Positions 19,470 through 28,220 of a stretch of 64,000 bases of DNA are shown piece after piece. A program made the translations under genes and the position numbers. Under the pieces are notes generated by a model. It was not told the DNA's origin. It was given only the letters and a program-made list of their open reading frames with translations, and made no database searches. The stretch comes from a virus (Duplodnaviria > Caudoviricetes), in IMG/VR virus record IMGVR_UViG_2636416120_000006, positions 1 to 64,000 of that record. One strand, given 5' to 3'. Numbering within the stretch: the first letter of the stretch is position 1; each line of letters starts with the position of its first letter.

Positions 19470-19653
19470 CGGTGGTGACCTTGGTTGTGAGGACCTCGAT
19501 CGTCCTCTGGGTGGCCTTCAGCCGCTCCTCGTCCTGCCCTTTGGCGTAGACGACACGGTAGGCCACGATGCCGGCGGCGATCGCCAGCAGGGCGACGAGG
19601 ATCCATCGCCCTGCAGCGGTGCCCACCAACCAGGTGAATGCGGTCTCAAGCAC
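19402..19653 (-). CDS. i-spanin (Rz-like)
   Basis: N-terminal TM plus helical periplasmic domain, downstream of the endolysin. Confidence 0.75.
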   Translation of the reverse strand: MLETAFTWLVGTAAGRWILVALLAIAAGIVAYRVVYAKGQDEERLKATQRTIEVLTTKVTTDEEIRSLPRADRRKRLRTYARD

Positions 19654-20362
19654 CGGTGGTCTGCCGGGTCTGGTAGCGACCGTAGATGGTCAGGGCGACG
19701 CCGGCGGCGATCAGGACGGCGAAGCCGACCTTGAGCCACGGGAATCCCTCCGCCATCGGCAGAGCCGGCTGGACCGTCTCGATGATGGTCTGGCCGAGGC
19801 CACCGGTGCCGGCCAGAGCAGCGCCGATCACCGTCTTGGTCTTCGCCAGGTGAGGCGTCGGGACCGGCTCGCCGATGATCGTGCCGCCGTAGCTCTTCGC
19901 CCACAGAGCTACCTCAGCGGCGCGCCGGGCCACGAGGCCCTTCATGACCACGCCGCCCGACAGCCGAAACTGCGGCAGCCCAGTGATCGGCGCGCTGAAG
20001 TCGCCCTTGTTCAGCTGCTTGACGAAGCTGGCCTTCTCGAGCCAGCCCTCGCCGACGTTGAACGCCCAACTCACCAGAGCGCCGAACTGGTTGTCGTTGA
20101 GGGTCACCTCGACGTGGTCCATGACCGCGTCGGCCACCTCGGCCACATCCTTGTCGAAGAACGCCTGAGCCTGCTCCTGGGTGATCTTCTGCCCGATGAA
20201 GACATCCGGCCCGGTATGACCCCATCCGATCGTCAGGGTGCCGACGATTTTGTCACCGGGGCTGAGCACCTTTTTCGGCTGCTTGTCGTCGTAGGCTACG
20301 AGACGGAGCTCCTCGTATCTCTTGATCAGAGCCTCGGTCTCAGCATTGATTTTCCGTGTCAT
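19646..20362 (-). CDS. endolysin, GH24 lysozyme with C-terminal hydrophobic extension
   Basis: E-x8-D (YEELRLVAYDD), TIGWGHT, ALVSWAFNVG, GLVARRAAE; start at the hairpin-linked ATG 20362. Confidence 0.9.
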   Translation of the reverse strand: MTRKINAETEALIKRYEELRLVAYDDKQPKKVLSPGDKIVGTLTIGWGHTGPDVFIGQKITQEQAQAFFDKDVAEVADAVMDHVEVTLNDNQFGALVSWAFNVGEGWLEKASFVKQLNKGDFSAPITGLPQFRLSGGVVMKGLVARRAAEVALWAKSYGGTIIGEPVPTPHLAKTKTVIGAALAGTGGLGQTIIETVQPALPMAEGFPWLKVGFAVLIAAGVALTIYGRYQTRQTTGA

Positions 20363-20369
20363 TTGACCC

Positions 20370-20669
20370 TCACAGGGTTGGGAGCTTGAGCGCCAACAGT
20401 GCGAATCCACCGAGCATGGTCGTCAGGAGGACACTGGCAGCGCCGTAGGCGAGTAACTTGACCGGATCGAAGGCGTCCTTGGTGACGTAGTCCTTCAGGG
20501 TCTCGCTGATCTCGTCCCGAAGCCGGGTGACGTCCGCCTTCGAATCTTCTTTGTACTGTCGGAAGTCGTGGCGTAGCTCTCGGATGTCACTCGATAGAGC
20601 TGACAGCTGCTCAGTGAGTCGTGTGATTTGCACGAGCAGACTGGTGCGGGGCGTCAGCTCATCTTCCAT
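20370..20669 (-). CDS. membrane protein, putative holin/antiholin
   Basis: coiled coil plus a single C-terminal TM, directly upstream of the endolysin. Confidence 0.55.
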   Translation of the reverse strand: MEDELTPRTSLLVQITRLTEQLSALSSDIRELRHDFRQYKEDSKADVTRLRDEISETLKDYVTKDAFDPVKLLAYGAASVLLTTMLGGFALLALKLPTL

Positions 20670-20714
20670 GGTTAGGCTCCGAGAAAATCTCTGGGAACCT
20701 AGCAGAGAAGCAGC

Positions 20715-20870
20715 TTACTTCGGCTGACTCTCACTGAGTCTCTTGTATTCTTCGCGGATGAACTCTCTCAGAACTTCGCTCTGGCTGCGGCTGGTCCACT
20801 CAGCGATCTTGGCAAGCCGGTCACGATCGTCAGGCGAACCGTAACAGCTGATCATCACCTTCCTGCTCAT
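20715..20870 (-). CDS. small ribbon-helix-helix (CopG-like) DNA-binding protein
   Basis: 51 aa MSRKVMISCYGSPDDRDRLAKIAEWTSRSQSEVLREFIREEY..., read manually; coupled to the upstream stop. Confidence 0.65.
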   Translation of the reverse strand: MSRKVMISCYGSPDDRDRLAKIAEWTSRSQSEVLREFIREEYKRLSESQPK

Positions 20871-21133
20871 AGACTGGGCTCCTTGATGTCGTGACCCTCG
20901 ATCCGAGCCCGCGTCAGCAGCCGGCGGATGATCTTGAGGATGTTGGTGTCGAGAACGGCCCTGGTGGCCGCGGTCTTCTTGACCGACAGCAGCACGCCCT
21001 CGAGGTTGAGTGCGGCCTGGGCTAGGTCCGACAAACCTGTCCCGAGGTCGGGGTAGGCTTCTCGGCGAGCGAGCTCGGCCTTGACCGCTTCTGGCGCAAC
21101 GACGACGAGTAGAGCCAGCTGGTCCTGGCTCAT
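20867..21133 (-). CDS. hypothetical protein
   Basis: GGAGGAG SD before MSQDQ; 88 aa. Confidence 0.7.
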   Translation of the reverse strand: MSQDQLALLVVVAPEAVKAELARREAYPDLGTGLSDLAQAALNLEGVLLSVKKTAATRAVLDTNILKIIRRLLTRARIEGHDIKEPSL

Positions 21134-21329
21134 CTCCTCCAAGTTGATATTAAGTACAGACAATGGCTTCTCTCCGAACGTTTTGCCTCGGCGAGATATA
21201 TGAGAGTGCGATTTGGGATTGAAGGGTATTTCTGCTAGCAAATTTAATAGTAGATATATACTGCTCTTTGAACTGAATATGCTGTCGACTATATGACGAC
21301 CCACTGCCATTCCTGCGAGGAACCGATTG

Positions 21330-21842
21330 ATGTCAGATGATATGGGTGTGGGTGGCAACGCCGCCCTGGTGATCAAGAGCTACGTCGACCGTCGGGTTGA
21401 GCTCGCTCAGCGGAAGATCCCGCTGAAGGCCGAGCGCAAGGACGAGGTCAAGAACATGAAGGACGCGGGCCTGCCAGCGGTGGAGCTGATCGCCCTGTCC
21501 AAGCGCGACGATGACAAGCTGGCCGAGAAGGCTGAGCGGCTCACCCTCGCTGGCTCCCTGCTCGGCATCCCGGTCTACGCCGGCGAGGTCAGTTCCGATC
21601 GGGACACCAGCCAGGACCATATCCTGGAGGCGAGCCTCAAGCGGGTCCTCGATATCGACGAGGAGCTGAAGGAGATCTCCGAGGACGAGAAGGCTCTGAA
21701 CAAGGCCGCCAAAGGAGAAGGATTCTCGGTCTACCTGATCGACCGCTGCGTCCAATTCCGCCTGGATCCGGACTCGATCCAGGGCTACCGGGACGACAGC
21801 GCCCTATTCGAAAAGTACTGGGAAGCCGCGACGGCGGAGTGA
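21330..21842 (+). CDS. tandem GapR/DUF2312-like DNA-binding protein
   Basis: two repeats resembling GapR (IKSYVDRRVEL...KDAG; LKRVLDIDEELKEISED...AKGEGF...LFEKY). Confidence 0.7.
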   Translation: MSDDMGVGGNAALVIKSYVDRRVELAQRKIPLKAERKDEVKNMKDAGLPAVELIALSKRDDDKLAEKAERLTLAGSLLGIPVYAGEVSSDRDTSQDHILEASLKRVLDIDEELKEISEDEKALNKAAKGEGFSVYLIDRCVQFRLDPDSIQGYRDDSALFEKYWEAATAE

Positions 21843-21845
21843 TTT

Positions 21846-21877
21846 TGAAGGGAGGGTGGGTCACCACCCTCCCTTCA
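21846..21877. terminator. bidirectional terminator hairpin
   Basis: TGAAGGGAGGGTGG-GTCA-CCACCCTCCCTTCA between converging genes. Confidence 0.75.
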
Positions 21878-21879
21878 CA

Positions 21880-22692
21880 CTATCGTCCTCGGCTCTGCCG
21901 GATCGTGACCGAAGCCAGATCCATCGTTTCACAGTCGGCGTCCGACAGTTCTCTGGTCCAGACGCCATAGCACTCAACCAACAGGTTGGCCTCATTGTAT
22001 GCGATATATGGAGTGCCGACGCAGGGCTTCTGCAGCGGGGTTCCATTCACCATGTTCGTCACGTTGATGGCCACGGTGGTGTCTGCGATTTTAGAGCCGC
22101 CGACGTAAAACCGCGCCCGCAGGTTCCCCGCTTTGAGACTTTGGAAGATGGTGAAGTAGGTTGTGTAGCAAAGCGATGTCGGCGCTGTTATAGCCGTCGC
22201 GGCCTGCTGTGCTCCGGACTCAAACCTGCGCAGCGCAGGAGCCAGGGGTGCTGCCGAACTCGGATAGCCCTGACCGGATGTCCGCGTCGCATAGACGATG
22301 GAGGCCTTTCCATCCGCCAGCCCGTCGCTCGACACGATTGGAGACGTCCAGCTCGTCACGCTGTCGTGCTGCGTCGGTAGACCCACCGCCATGTGAGAGA
22401 AGAGGGTCCATTCCGTGGAATAGTCGATCTGCGGCCCGGGGAGATACTTAGTGCCGCGAAGCTGAATCCCTCCCCCTGTCATCAACACGGCGCTCGAGTG
22501 TGCTCCCGCATTCCCCGGCGTGGCGACACCGGTCGACTGCGCCCCCACCGCGGTAGAATAGTTCCGGATCGACGTGAGCGTGTCCGAGCCGTCCATAAAA
22601 TAGAGGCCGGCGAGCTGCGCTGCGGAGAAGCCACGCGGGCCGTCGAAAGGCAGGGACGGATCGTCGACTGCCGTTGCGGTGATGATCCTCAT
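21880..22692 (-). CDS. tail-associated protein, possible ConA/LamG-like fold
   Basis: coupled to the tail fibre gene; beta-rich; ends VWTRELSD, LamG-like. Confidence 0.6.
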   Translation of the reverse strand: MRIITATAVDDPSLPFDGPRGFSAAQLAGLYFMDGSDTLTSIRNYSTAVGAQSTGVATPGNAGAHSSAVLMTGGGIQLRGTKYLPGPQIDYSTEWTLFSHMAVGLPTQHDSVTSWTSPIVSSDGLADGKASIVYATRTSGQGYPSSAAPLAPALRRFESGAQQAATAITAPTSLCYTTYFTIFQSLKAGNLRARFYVGGSKIADTTVAINVTNMVNGTPLQKPCVGTPYIAYNEANLLVECYGVWTRELSDADCETMDLASVTIRQSRGR

Positions 22693-25600
22693 CCCTGAAC
22701 CTCAATATCAACAAATGGAAGAAGGGGATTCCACAGGGGGTAAGCTTGGCCTTGACGCGCGCCGTAGGCTGTATCCCGGAAGACCAGCGGTGAGCGCAGC
22801 GTGTCGCTGTCGAAGACATTCCCGTAGGTGTCGACGCGGGCGACGTTCACGGTGTCTCCGATCGAAAATGCGCCAGCACCAGCCGATGCGTCACGGGCCT
22901 CGCCTATAAGGATCGTCTGGCCGCCGGAGAACGCGGCAGAACGAGCTATCCAGGTCTTCGCTGTCGCCTTGGTCTGGTTCTGGACGTAGAACGCCCCTTC
23001 AGTCAGGAGCTGCGAGATCGAGGCAGGAACCGCGCCGGCGACGACAAGTTCCTTCGATGCCTGGCCGTTCGGCAGCGTTGCGCCGTCTCGCCACTCCACC
23101 ACCGGTGTTGCAAGGGTTTCGACGACACGGTCGGTCCCGAATGTGACCGTCGCCAGCTTGGCAGGGCTGCGAGCCGCGGCAAGCTTCAGGCGAAGCTGAT
23201 CCGGCCCGATCACCGTGACGCTACTGATCGCCGGACCACTCGCGTAGGTCCCGCCGGCCCCGGGGAGATCTCCCTTGATCAGAGACCCATACATGACCTT
23301 GAAGCCCATGTCGGCGCCGCGCGCCGGCCAGAACGTGGTATCCAGCCGGATCGGTGGCCGAGGCACGTTGAAGATGAGATCGATCGTCGTGTCGTCCACC
23401 CAGCGGGCGCTGACGCAACGCAGCGCCAGATGCTGTTCTCGGCCGATCACGTGACGGTAGATGCCCTTACCGTGGTTGCTCCCGATCCAGCACTCGCCGT
23501 CGGCGGTGCGATGGACGTCCGAACCGTGAACCTCGACACCACTTCCGTTCAGGTAGCGGCTGTTGACGGCGCTTGGCACATGCCAGACCGGGCCAATCGG
23601 GAAGATCTTGGTCGGCTCCTTGTCAGCAGCCATGAGCTGTGCCTGCGCCGCCAGGCCACCGTTGGTCGAATACGTCCAGAACGGGATGCGTCCCTTCTGC
23701 CCCATGATCGCGGCGAAGGCGTTGTGGCAGTCGTCGGCGAGTTGGATAAGATCATCCCGATAAAAGTTTGCCGCATCGACATACGACAACACCGGTCCGG
23801 TGCGGGTGCGCTTTTGGGAGTTGTTGGCCTCTCCCTGCCACCACACGACGCCTAGCACCGCGCAAGTCTTCTGCTTGCTGTCGGCGTAAACCTTTACCCG
23901 ACGGACGTCGTCAACCATCGTCCCGAAATAGTCACCACCACCATCTCGGGTGTCGGGCTGAATGGGCGTCTTCGACAACTCATCAAGGTAACACCCCCCA
24001 CGCCCAGCAAAAGTGACGATAATCTCGGGGGCACCGTCGCGGCGGATCGGGCTATTGGGACCGCAGAGCAGCTCCTTCAACATCGCCACCATGCCTGTTG
24101 CGCTGGTTTCGCCTGTGGCGCCGTCCTGAACCTCAGTCAGGGGGATGACATTGAAGTCTGACGCTGGCCGGCCGGTTGGATTGTGCGCATAGGTGTCGAG
24201 CTTCCAGGTCCGCACACCCCGAACGAACCGCTTGCCGCTATGACCGGTCTCACTGGTGCTGACCACTGGGAGGGCTTCGGATCCCTCACCCAGGCTTTGC
24301 CCATAGACGATCAGGTGCAGGATGTCCGCTCCGAGCGGGTTCGAGGTCAGTGATGTGGACCCACCCCCGAGGCCGACGTCACCGCTGCCGTCCTTCGTCT
24401 TGCGGTAGAGGATGCGACCATTTTTCGAGAGGATGGCGAGCGCCTCGTTCGGATCGGTGCTCTTCTCGAAGCTGCCGCCCCCGTCGCCGGCGATGTCCAT
24501 ACCCTTGAACACGTGCCAAAGCATGTCTGCGCCGAAGCCGCCAAGGACGCGGCCACTCTTGGTAGCATCGCCGGGCGTGGCGAAGCGGGCCAGGAAGTCG
24601 ATGCCGGCGATCCGCGCTGCATCCTCGATCTGCACAGCATTGGCTACCGGCAGCATCTTGCCGTTGATGTCGTCTAGCTGGGCCTGGATCGCGGTGCTCG
24701 AGGCGCTCTCATCGGTAAGGTAGCCGAGCTTGCCGTAACCGTTGATGCCGGGGAGGTACTGGACGTAGTTGGCGTTCCCCTTCTGTGTCAGGTTGTAGGC
24801 CTTGATCTGGCAGGCGTTGTCGTCCGTCCCGCCGACATTGCTGTCGTTGCGGAGCTGGAAGAGGGCGATATGGGCATCAATGGCCATGCCGCCGACGATG
24901 TCGATCAGGGACCGGCAGTTGTCGGTGGTGGTGTTCAGGAAGTGGATGTTGTTCCGCTTCAGATTGCAGTTGCGGACATTGAGTACCTGGTTCCAGGACG
25001 TGCTCGGGTCGACGATGTTGACGTCCGGCAGCGCCTGGATGCCGATGTGATTGTCGAACAGGTCGGAGTCGATGATCATCGCTGGACCGACCGGGACGAA
25101 GCCGCACTTGCCGTTGCGGTGAAACCGGCTGCCGATCACCTCGACGTCCTGCCAAGCGTGTGGGCTCATGCCGTCGCCGATGATGGCATCAGTCATTTCG
25201 ACGTCGATCACCCGAAGGCGGGCTCGGGTCTCAGGCCAATCGCCGGTGCCATTGGAGGTGGGCGGCGCGAAGTCGGCTGAGAGGGTGTGGTTGATACCAT
25301 CGTTCCACGGACGCACACCCCGAACGCTTGCGATCGTGCCGGACATCATGTCGGGAGCGATGCAGTTCAGGGTCCCGGGCCCCCAGATCTCGCAGTCCTC
25401 GATATTACCATAGACACGGCCAGCCCGGATGCCATGAGCGTAGCCGTGCCAGATCCGCAGACCAGCGATTTCGATCTCGGTCGCACCGATGAGATTCCGC
25501 GGAGGCGGCGCCAGGTTGAGACCGGCATAGTATTCGGACCTGAAGAGCTGCAGCCCGTTCGGATCGGCGTTGTTTCGCGGCTTGATGTACATCAAGCCGG

Positions 25601-27365
25601 TCGCGCCTCCGTTCCAATAGGCGCCGGTCGTCGCCGGGAGCGCGTCGAGTGCGGCCGCGCTCCCCGTGGTCGGACTCAGGCGCGTATAGGTGCAGAAGCC
25701 CCAGAAGCCGTCGGGCTGGCTGTAGTCGTGGATCGAGCCGTTGGCCACGAGCGAATTCGTGATGCCCGCGAAGACGTTGGGCCGCTCCCAGACGTTGTTG
25801 AGACCGGCGGTCTTCGTCCAGCCGCCGGCGAGCATCGTCCCGGGCCTGATGATGCTCTTGAAGTTGCGGTCGCCGACGATGCGGATCTTGCGGAAAGCGT
25901 TGGAGGGGATGTCGATCGTGCCGCTGTAGATGCCACCCTTGAGCGCGATATCCAGCTCTTCACTGGTCTCGGTGACATGCGCGATGGCCGCGCGCAGCGT
26001 CTTGAATGGGCTGCTCTCGGTTCCGACGCCGTCCTGACCGACCGCCGGATTGATGTAGACCCGTTTGGCCCACGGGTTGACCTTCTCGAAAGACGACGGC
26101 GAGTGCGTCATCACGCGCGGGGTCGGGGTGAACCCGCCGGCCCGGCCGACGGCGCCCATGAACCCGATCGGCAAGCCTGACACGGTGAAGCTCGAGACCT
26201 GCACACCGTTCTGGGTCAGGGTGAACAGGCCGGTGGTCTGGTCGGCGTCGAGGGCGACCGACATCTCGTGCTCGACACTCGCCTGCAGTGCCGTCCGCGG
26301 CACGGTCGGCCCAATCACGACGCCGGTGCTAGACCCCGGTGCCGTGTATGTGTCGATCAAGGTAGTGGCATCGAGCTTGCGGGCAACAACAAGTCCGTTC
26401 TGCTGCCAGAGAATGGCGACGAAGGTCGTGGAGTCGGGGGTAGAGGCGCTGGTAGGATTCCAGCAAATGCCGAAGCTGTCGGTGCTGTTGAGTCCGTCAG
26501 TTTTAAACTTGACCTTGAATGTTCGGTTCGCCGGGCTCTTTTGCCCAGTCAGATATCCGGTAAGGAAAGCGCTGGCATTGTAGGTCTGGCTGATAACCAA
26601 CTTGCCATCGACGACGCTCCAGGAATATCGGGTCGTCGGGTTCGTGATCGGTGTATTGAACACCGTGAACTGCGTCGGATCGGCAAAATCGATCGTCAGC
26701 GAGTCCTGCTCCAGGGCTACCAGGCGGCTGTCGTGGGCGGCAATTTCGTCCGACAGCTCGCCTGTGGCGTCAGGCCCCCAGTAGACCCAAGTGCCGGTAC
26801 CATTCGGATTGCCTGTGGATGCACCGGCGCCGTTCTTGCGATAGAGGCCGCGCTTGTTAACGTCGGGCTCCAGAGGACCGACCCGCGCGATCACCTTGTC
26901 AGCCGGCTTCAGATCGGCAGACATAAGCGCAAAGGTGTCGTAGCCGATGCTCCAACTGCCGTTCGCGGCTGCTGCTTGAGCCCCCGCCAATACCTCTTGA
27001 GCGTCCTCCACCAAGTCCGACGTTTGCTCGATCTGCTGCTGGAGCGTTAGCGGATCGGAGATGCGGTTCTGCACCTCTACAAGCAGATCTGAAGTCGCTC
27101 GAACCACCTCGGCCGACGCTGCTGCACCGGCAAACATGATGATGGAATAGGCGAGGTTCGATCCTGACGCTCCACCCCAAGCAGGATCGATTTTCAAGCT
27201 TGTATCAGAACCGACTTCGACAATCTGGTAAAGCTCTGGACTTCCAGTAGCGGTAAAAATGTCTCCAACGCGAATGTTTTTCTGCCAGACCGTACCAGTT
27301 CCCGCGATGACTTGGGATCCAGCCGCGACTGAAACGGTTCCCTCACTATACCATCCGGACGCCAT
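22689..27365 (-). CDS. tail fibre/spike with beta-helix and SGNH (SASA-like) esterase domains
   Basis: N-terminal WYSEGTVSV...GTGTVW fibre anchor; PFKTLRAAI..GGIY beta-helix cap; GQSL, WWQGEAN, DVH. Confidence 0.8.
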   Translation of the reverse strand: MASGWYSEGTVSVAAGSQVIAGTGTVWQKNIRVGDIFTATGSPELYQIVEVGSDTSLKIDPAWGGASGSNLAYSIIMFAGAAASAEVVRATSDLLVEVQNRISDPLTLQQQIEQTSDLVEDAQEVLAGAQAAAANGSWSIGYDTFALMSADLKPADKVIARVGPLEPDVNKRGLYRKNGAGASTGNPNGTGTWVYWGPDATGELSDEIAAHDSRLVALEQDSLTIDFADPTQFTVFNTPITNPTTRYSWSVVDGKLVISQTYNASAFLTGYLTGQKSPANRTFKVKFKTDGLNSTDSFGICWNPTSASTPDSTTFVAILWQQNGLVVARKLDATTLIDTYTAPGSSTGVVIGPTVPRTALQASVEHEMSVALDADQTTGLFTLTQNGVQVSSFTVSGLPIGFMGAVGRAGGFTPTPRVMTHSPSSFEKVNPWAKRVYINPAVGQDGVGTESSPFKTLRAAIAHVTETSEELDIALKGGIYSGTIDIPSNAFRKIRIVGDRNFKSIIRPGTMLAGGWTKTAGLNNVWERPNVFAGITNSLVANGSIHDYSQPDGFWGFCTYTRLSPTTGSAAALDALPATTGAYWNGGATGLMYIKPRNNADPNGLQLFRSEYYAGLNLAPPPRNLIGATEIEIAGLRIWHGYAHGIRAGRVYGNIEDCEIWGPGTLNCIAPDMMSGTIASVRGVRPWNDGINHTLSADFAPPTSNGTGDWPETRARLRVIDVEMTDAIIGDGMSPHAWQDVEVIGSRFHRNGKCGFVPVGPAMIIDSDLFDNHIGIQALPDVNIVDPSTSWNQVLNVRNCNLKRNNIHFLNTTTDNCRSLIDIVGGMAIDAHIALFQLRNDSNVGGTDDNACQIKAYNLTQKGNANYVQYLPGINGYGKLGYLTDESASSTAIQAQLDDINGKMLPVANAVQIEDAARIAGIDFLARFATPGDATKSGRVLGGFGADMLWHVFKGMDIAGDGGGSFEKSTDPNEALAILSKNGRILYRKTKDGSGDVGLGGGSTSLTSNPLGADILHLIVYGQSLGEGSEALPVVSTSETGHSGKRFVRGVRTWKLDTYAHNPTGRPASDFNVIPLTEVQDGATGETSATGMVAMLKELLCGPNSPIRRDGAPEIIVTFAGRGGCYLDELSKTPIQPDTRDGGGDYFGTMVDDVRRVKVYADSKQKTCAVLGVVWWQGEANNSQKRTRTGPVLSYVDAANFYRDDLIQLADDCHNAFAAIMGQKGRIPFWTYSTNGGLAAQAQLMAADKEPTKIFPIGPVWHVPSAVNSRYLNGSGVEVHGSDVHRTADGECWIGSNHGKGIYRHVIGREQHLALRCVSARWVDDTTIDLIFNVPRPPIRLDTTFWPARGADMGFKVMYGSLIKGDLPGAGGTYASGPAISSVTVIGPDQLRLKLAAARSPAKLATVTFGTDRVVETLATPVVEWRDGATLPNGQASKELVVAGAVPASISQLLTEGAFYVQNQTKATAKTWIARSAAFSGGQTILIGEARDASAGAGAFSIGDTVNVARVDTYGNVFDSDTLRSPLVFRDTAYGARQGQAYPLWNPLLPFVDIEVQG

Positions 27366-27433
27366 GCATTAGTCTCCAGCAGAGATAACTGGATTTATAC
27401 AAATCGTCGCTCATACATTCCAGGGTTAATTGA

Positions 27434-27841
27434 TCACCATGCGATGTTGCAGGCCACTTCGATTTCCCGTGGAGTGGATGCTTCGGTGATATTTCTTTTT
27501 GCACTCAGGCGGAGCCCCTCAATTCCGGCGACAGCGGTCTGCCATTGGGCTCGAACATTCAGCACGACTTGAGCGACAGCGTAGATGTCATCCGCCTCCA
27601 CCCCTGTCTCCGGCACGGTGATACCGACCTCAGCGAAGAGCACAGGGAAAGCTCCCCTGGAAATATCCGCTTGGTCAGCTCGCACGACGGCAGTCGCCTC
27701 CTCGATTTTCAACTGATAGACAAGCGTCTGACCCACACCATCGGTGAGATACCTCGAGCGCGCGATTTCGGCCTCCGCGTCGATCTTCGCGATCGCCGCC
27801 TCCTTCAACGGCACCAAGTCCTTAGTGAGCGACAATCTCAT
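27434..27841 (-). CDS. tail fibre assembly-type protein
   Basis: AIAKIDAEAEIARSRY...Y..K.EEA...IEGLRLSAK, typical of such tail proteins. Confidence 0.6.
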   Translation of the reverse strand: MRLSLTKDLVPLKEAAIAKIDAEAEIARSRYLTDGVGQTLVYQLKIEEATAVVRADQADISRGAFPVLFAEVGITVPETGVEADDIYAVAQVVLNVRAQWQTAVAGIEGLRLSAKRNITEASTPREIEVACNIAW

Positions 27842-28220
27842 ATCGGGCATCCTTATAGGGCCACTGCTTGATCTCGACCACATAGGTCGCCGGCATGGGG
27901 CTGGCGATCGACAGAGACCCGCCCTCGACGACGTGCTCGACGTCGTCAACGATGACCCTGCAAGGGTCCGGAAGACCAACCAGCGTTGCCTCGTCGACAC
28001 CGTCCGCAGCGATCTCCATCTTGTCAAAGATCGGCAGAACCGGGCGGTTGGCGATCTGTCCCTCCACCATGTAGTGGTCTCGGTATGACAGCCTGGAGGA
28101 CACAGCGACGGAGATCCCGCCCGGGTAGCCACCAGCTTGCAGAGGCACGTCCTCCTCCCGACACTGGCCGACGATAAGGATCCGTCCAGTCGCGCTATCG
28201 TAAACGGCGTAGTCGATCAT
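27822..28220 (-). CDS. minor tail protein
   Basis: YDSATGRI start; coupled to the J-like gene. Confidence 0.65.
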   Translation of the reverse strand: MIDYAVYDSATGRILIVGQCREEDVPLQAGGYPGGISVAVSSRLSYRDHYMVEGQIANRPVLPIFDKMEIAADGVDEATLVGLPDPCRVIVDDVEHVVEGGSLSIASPMPATYVVEIKQWPYKDARYEIVAH

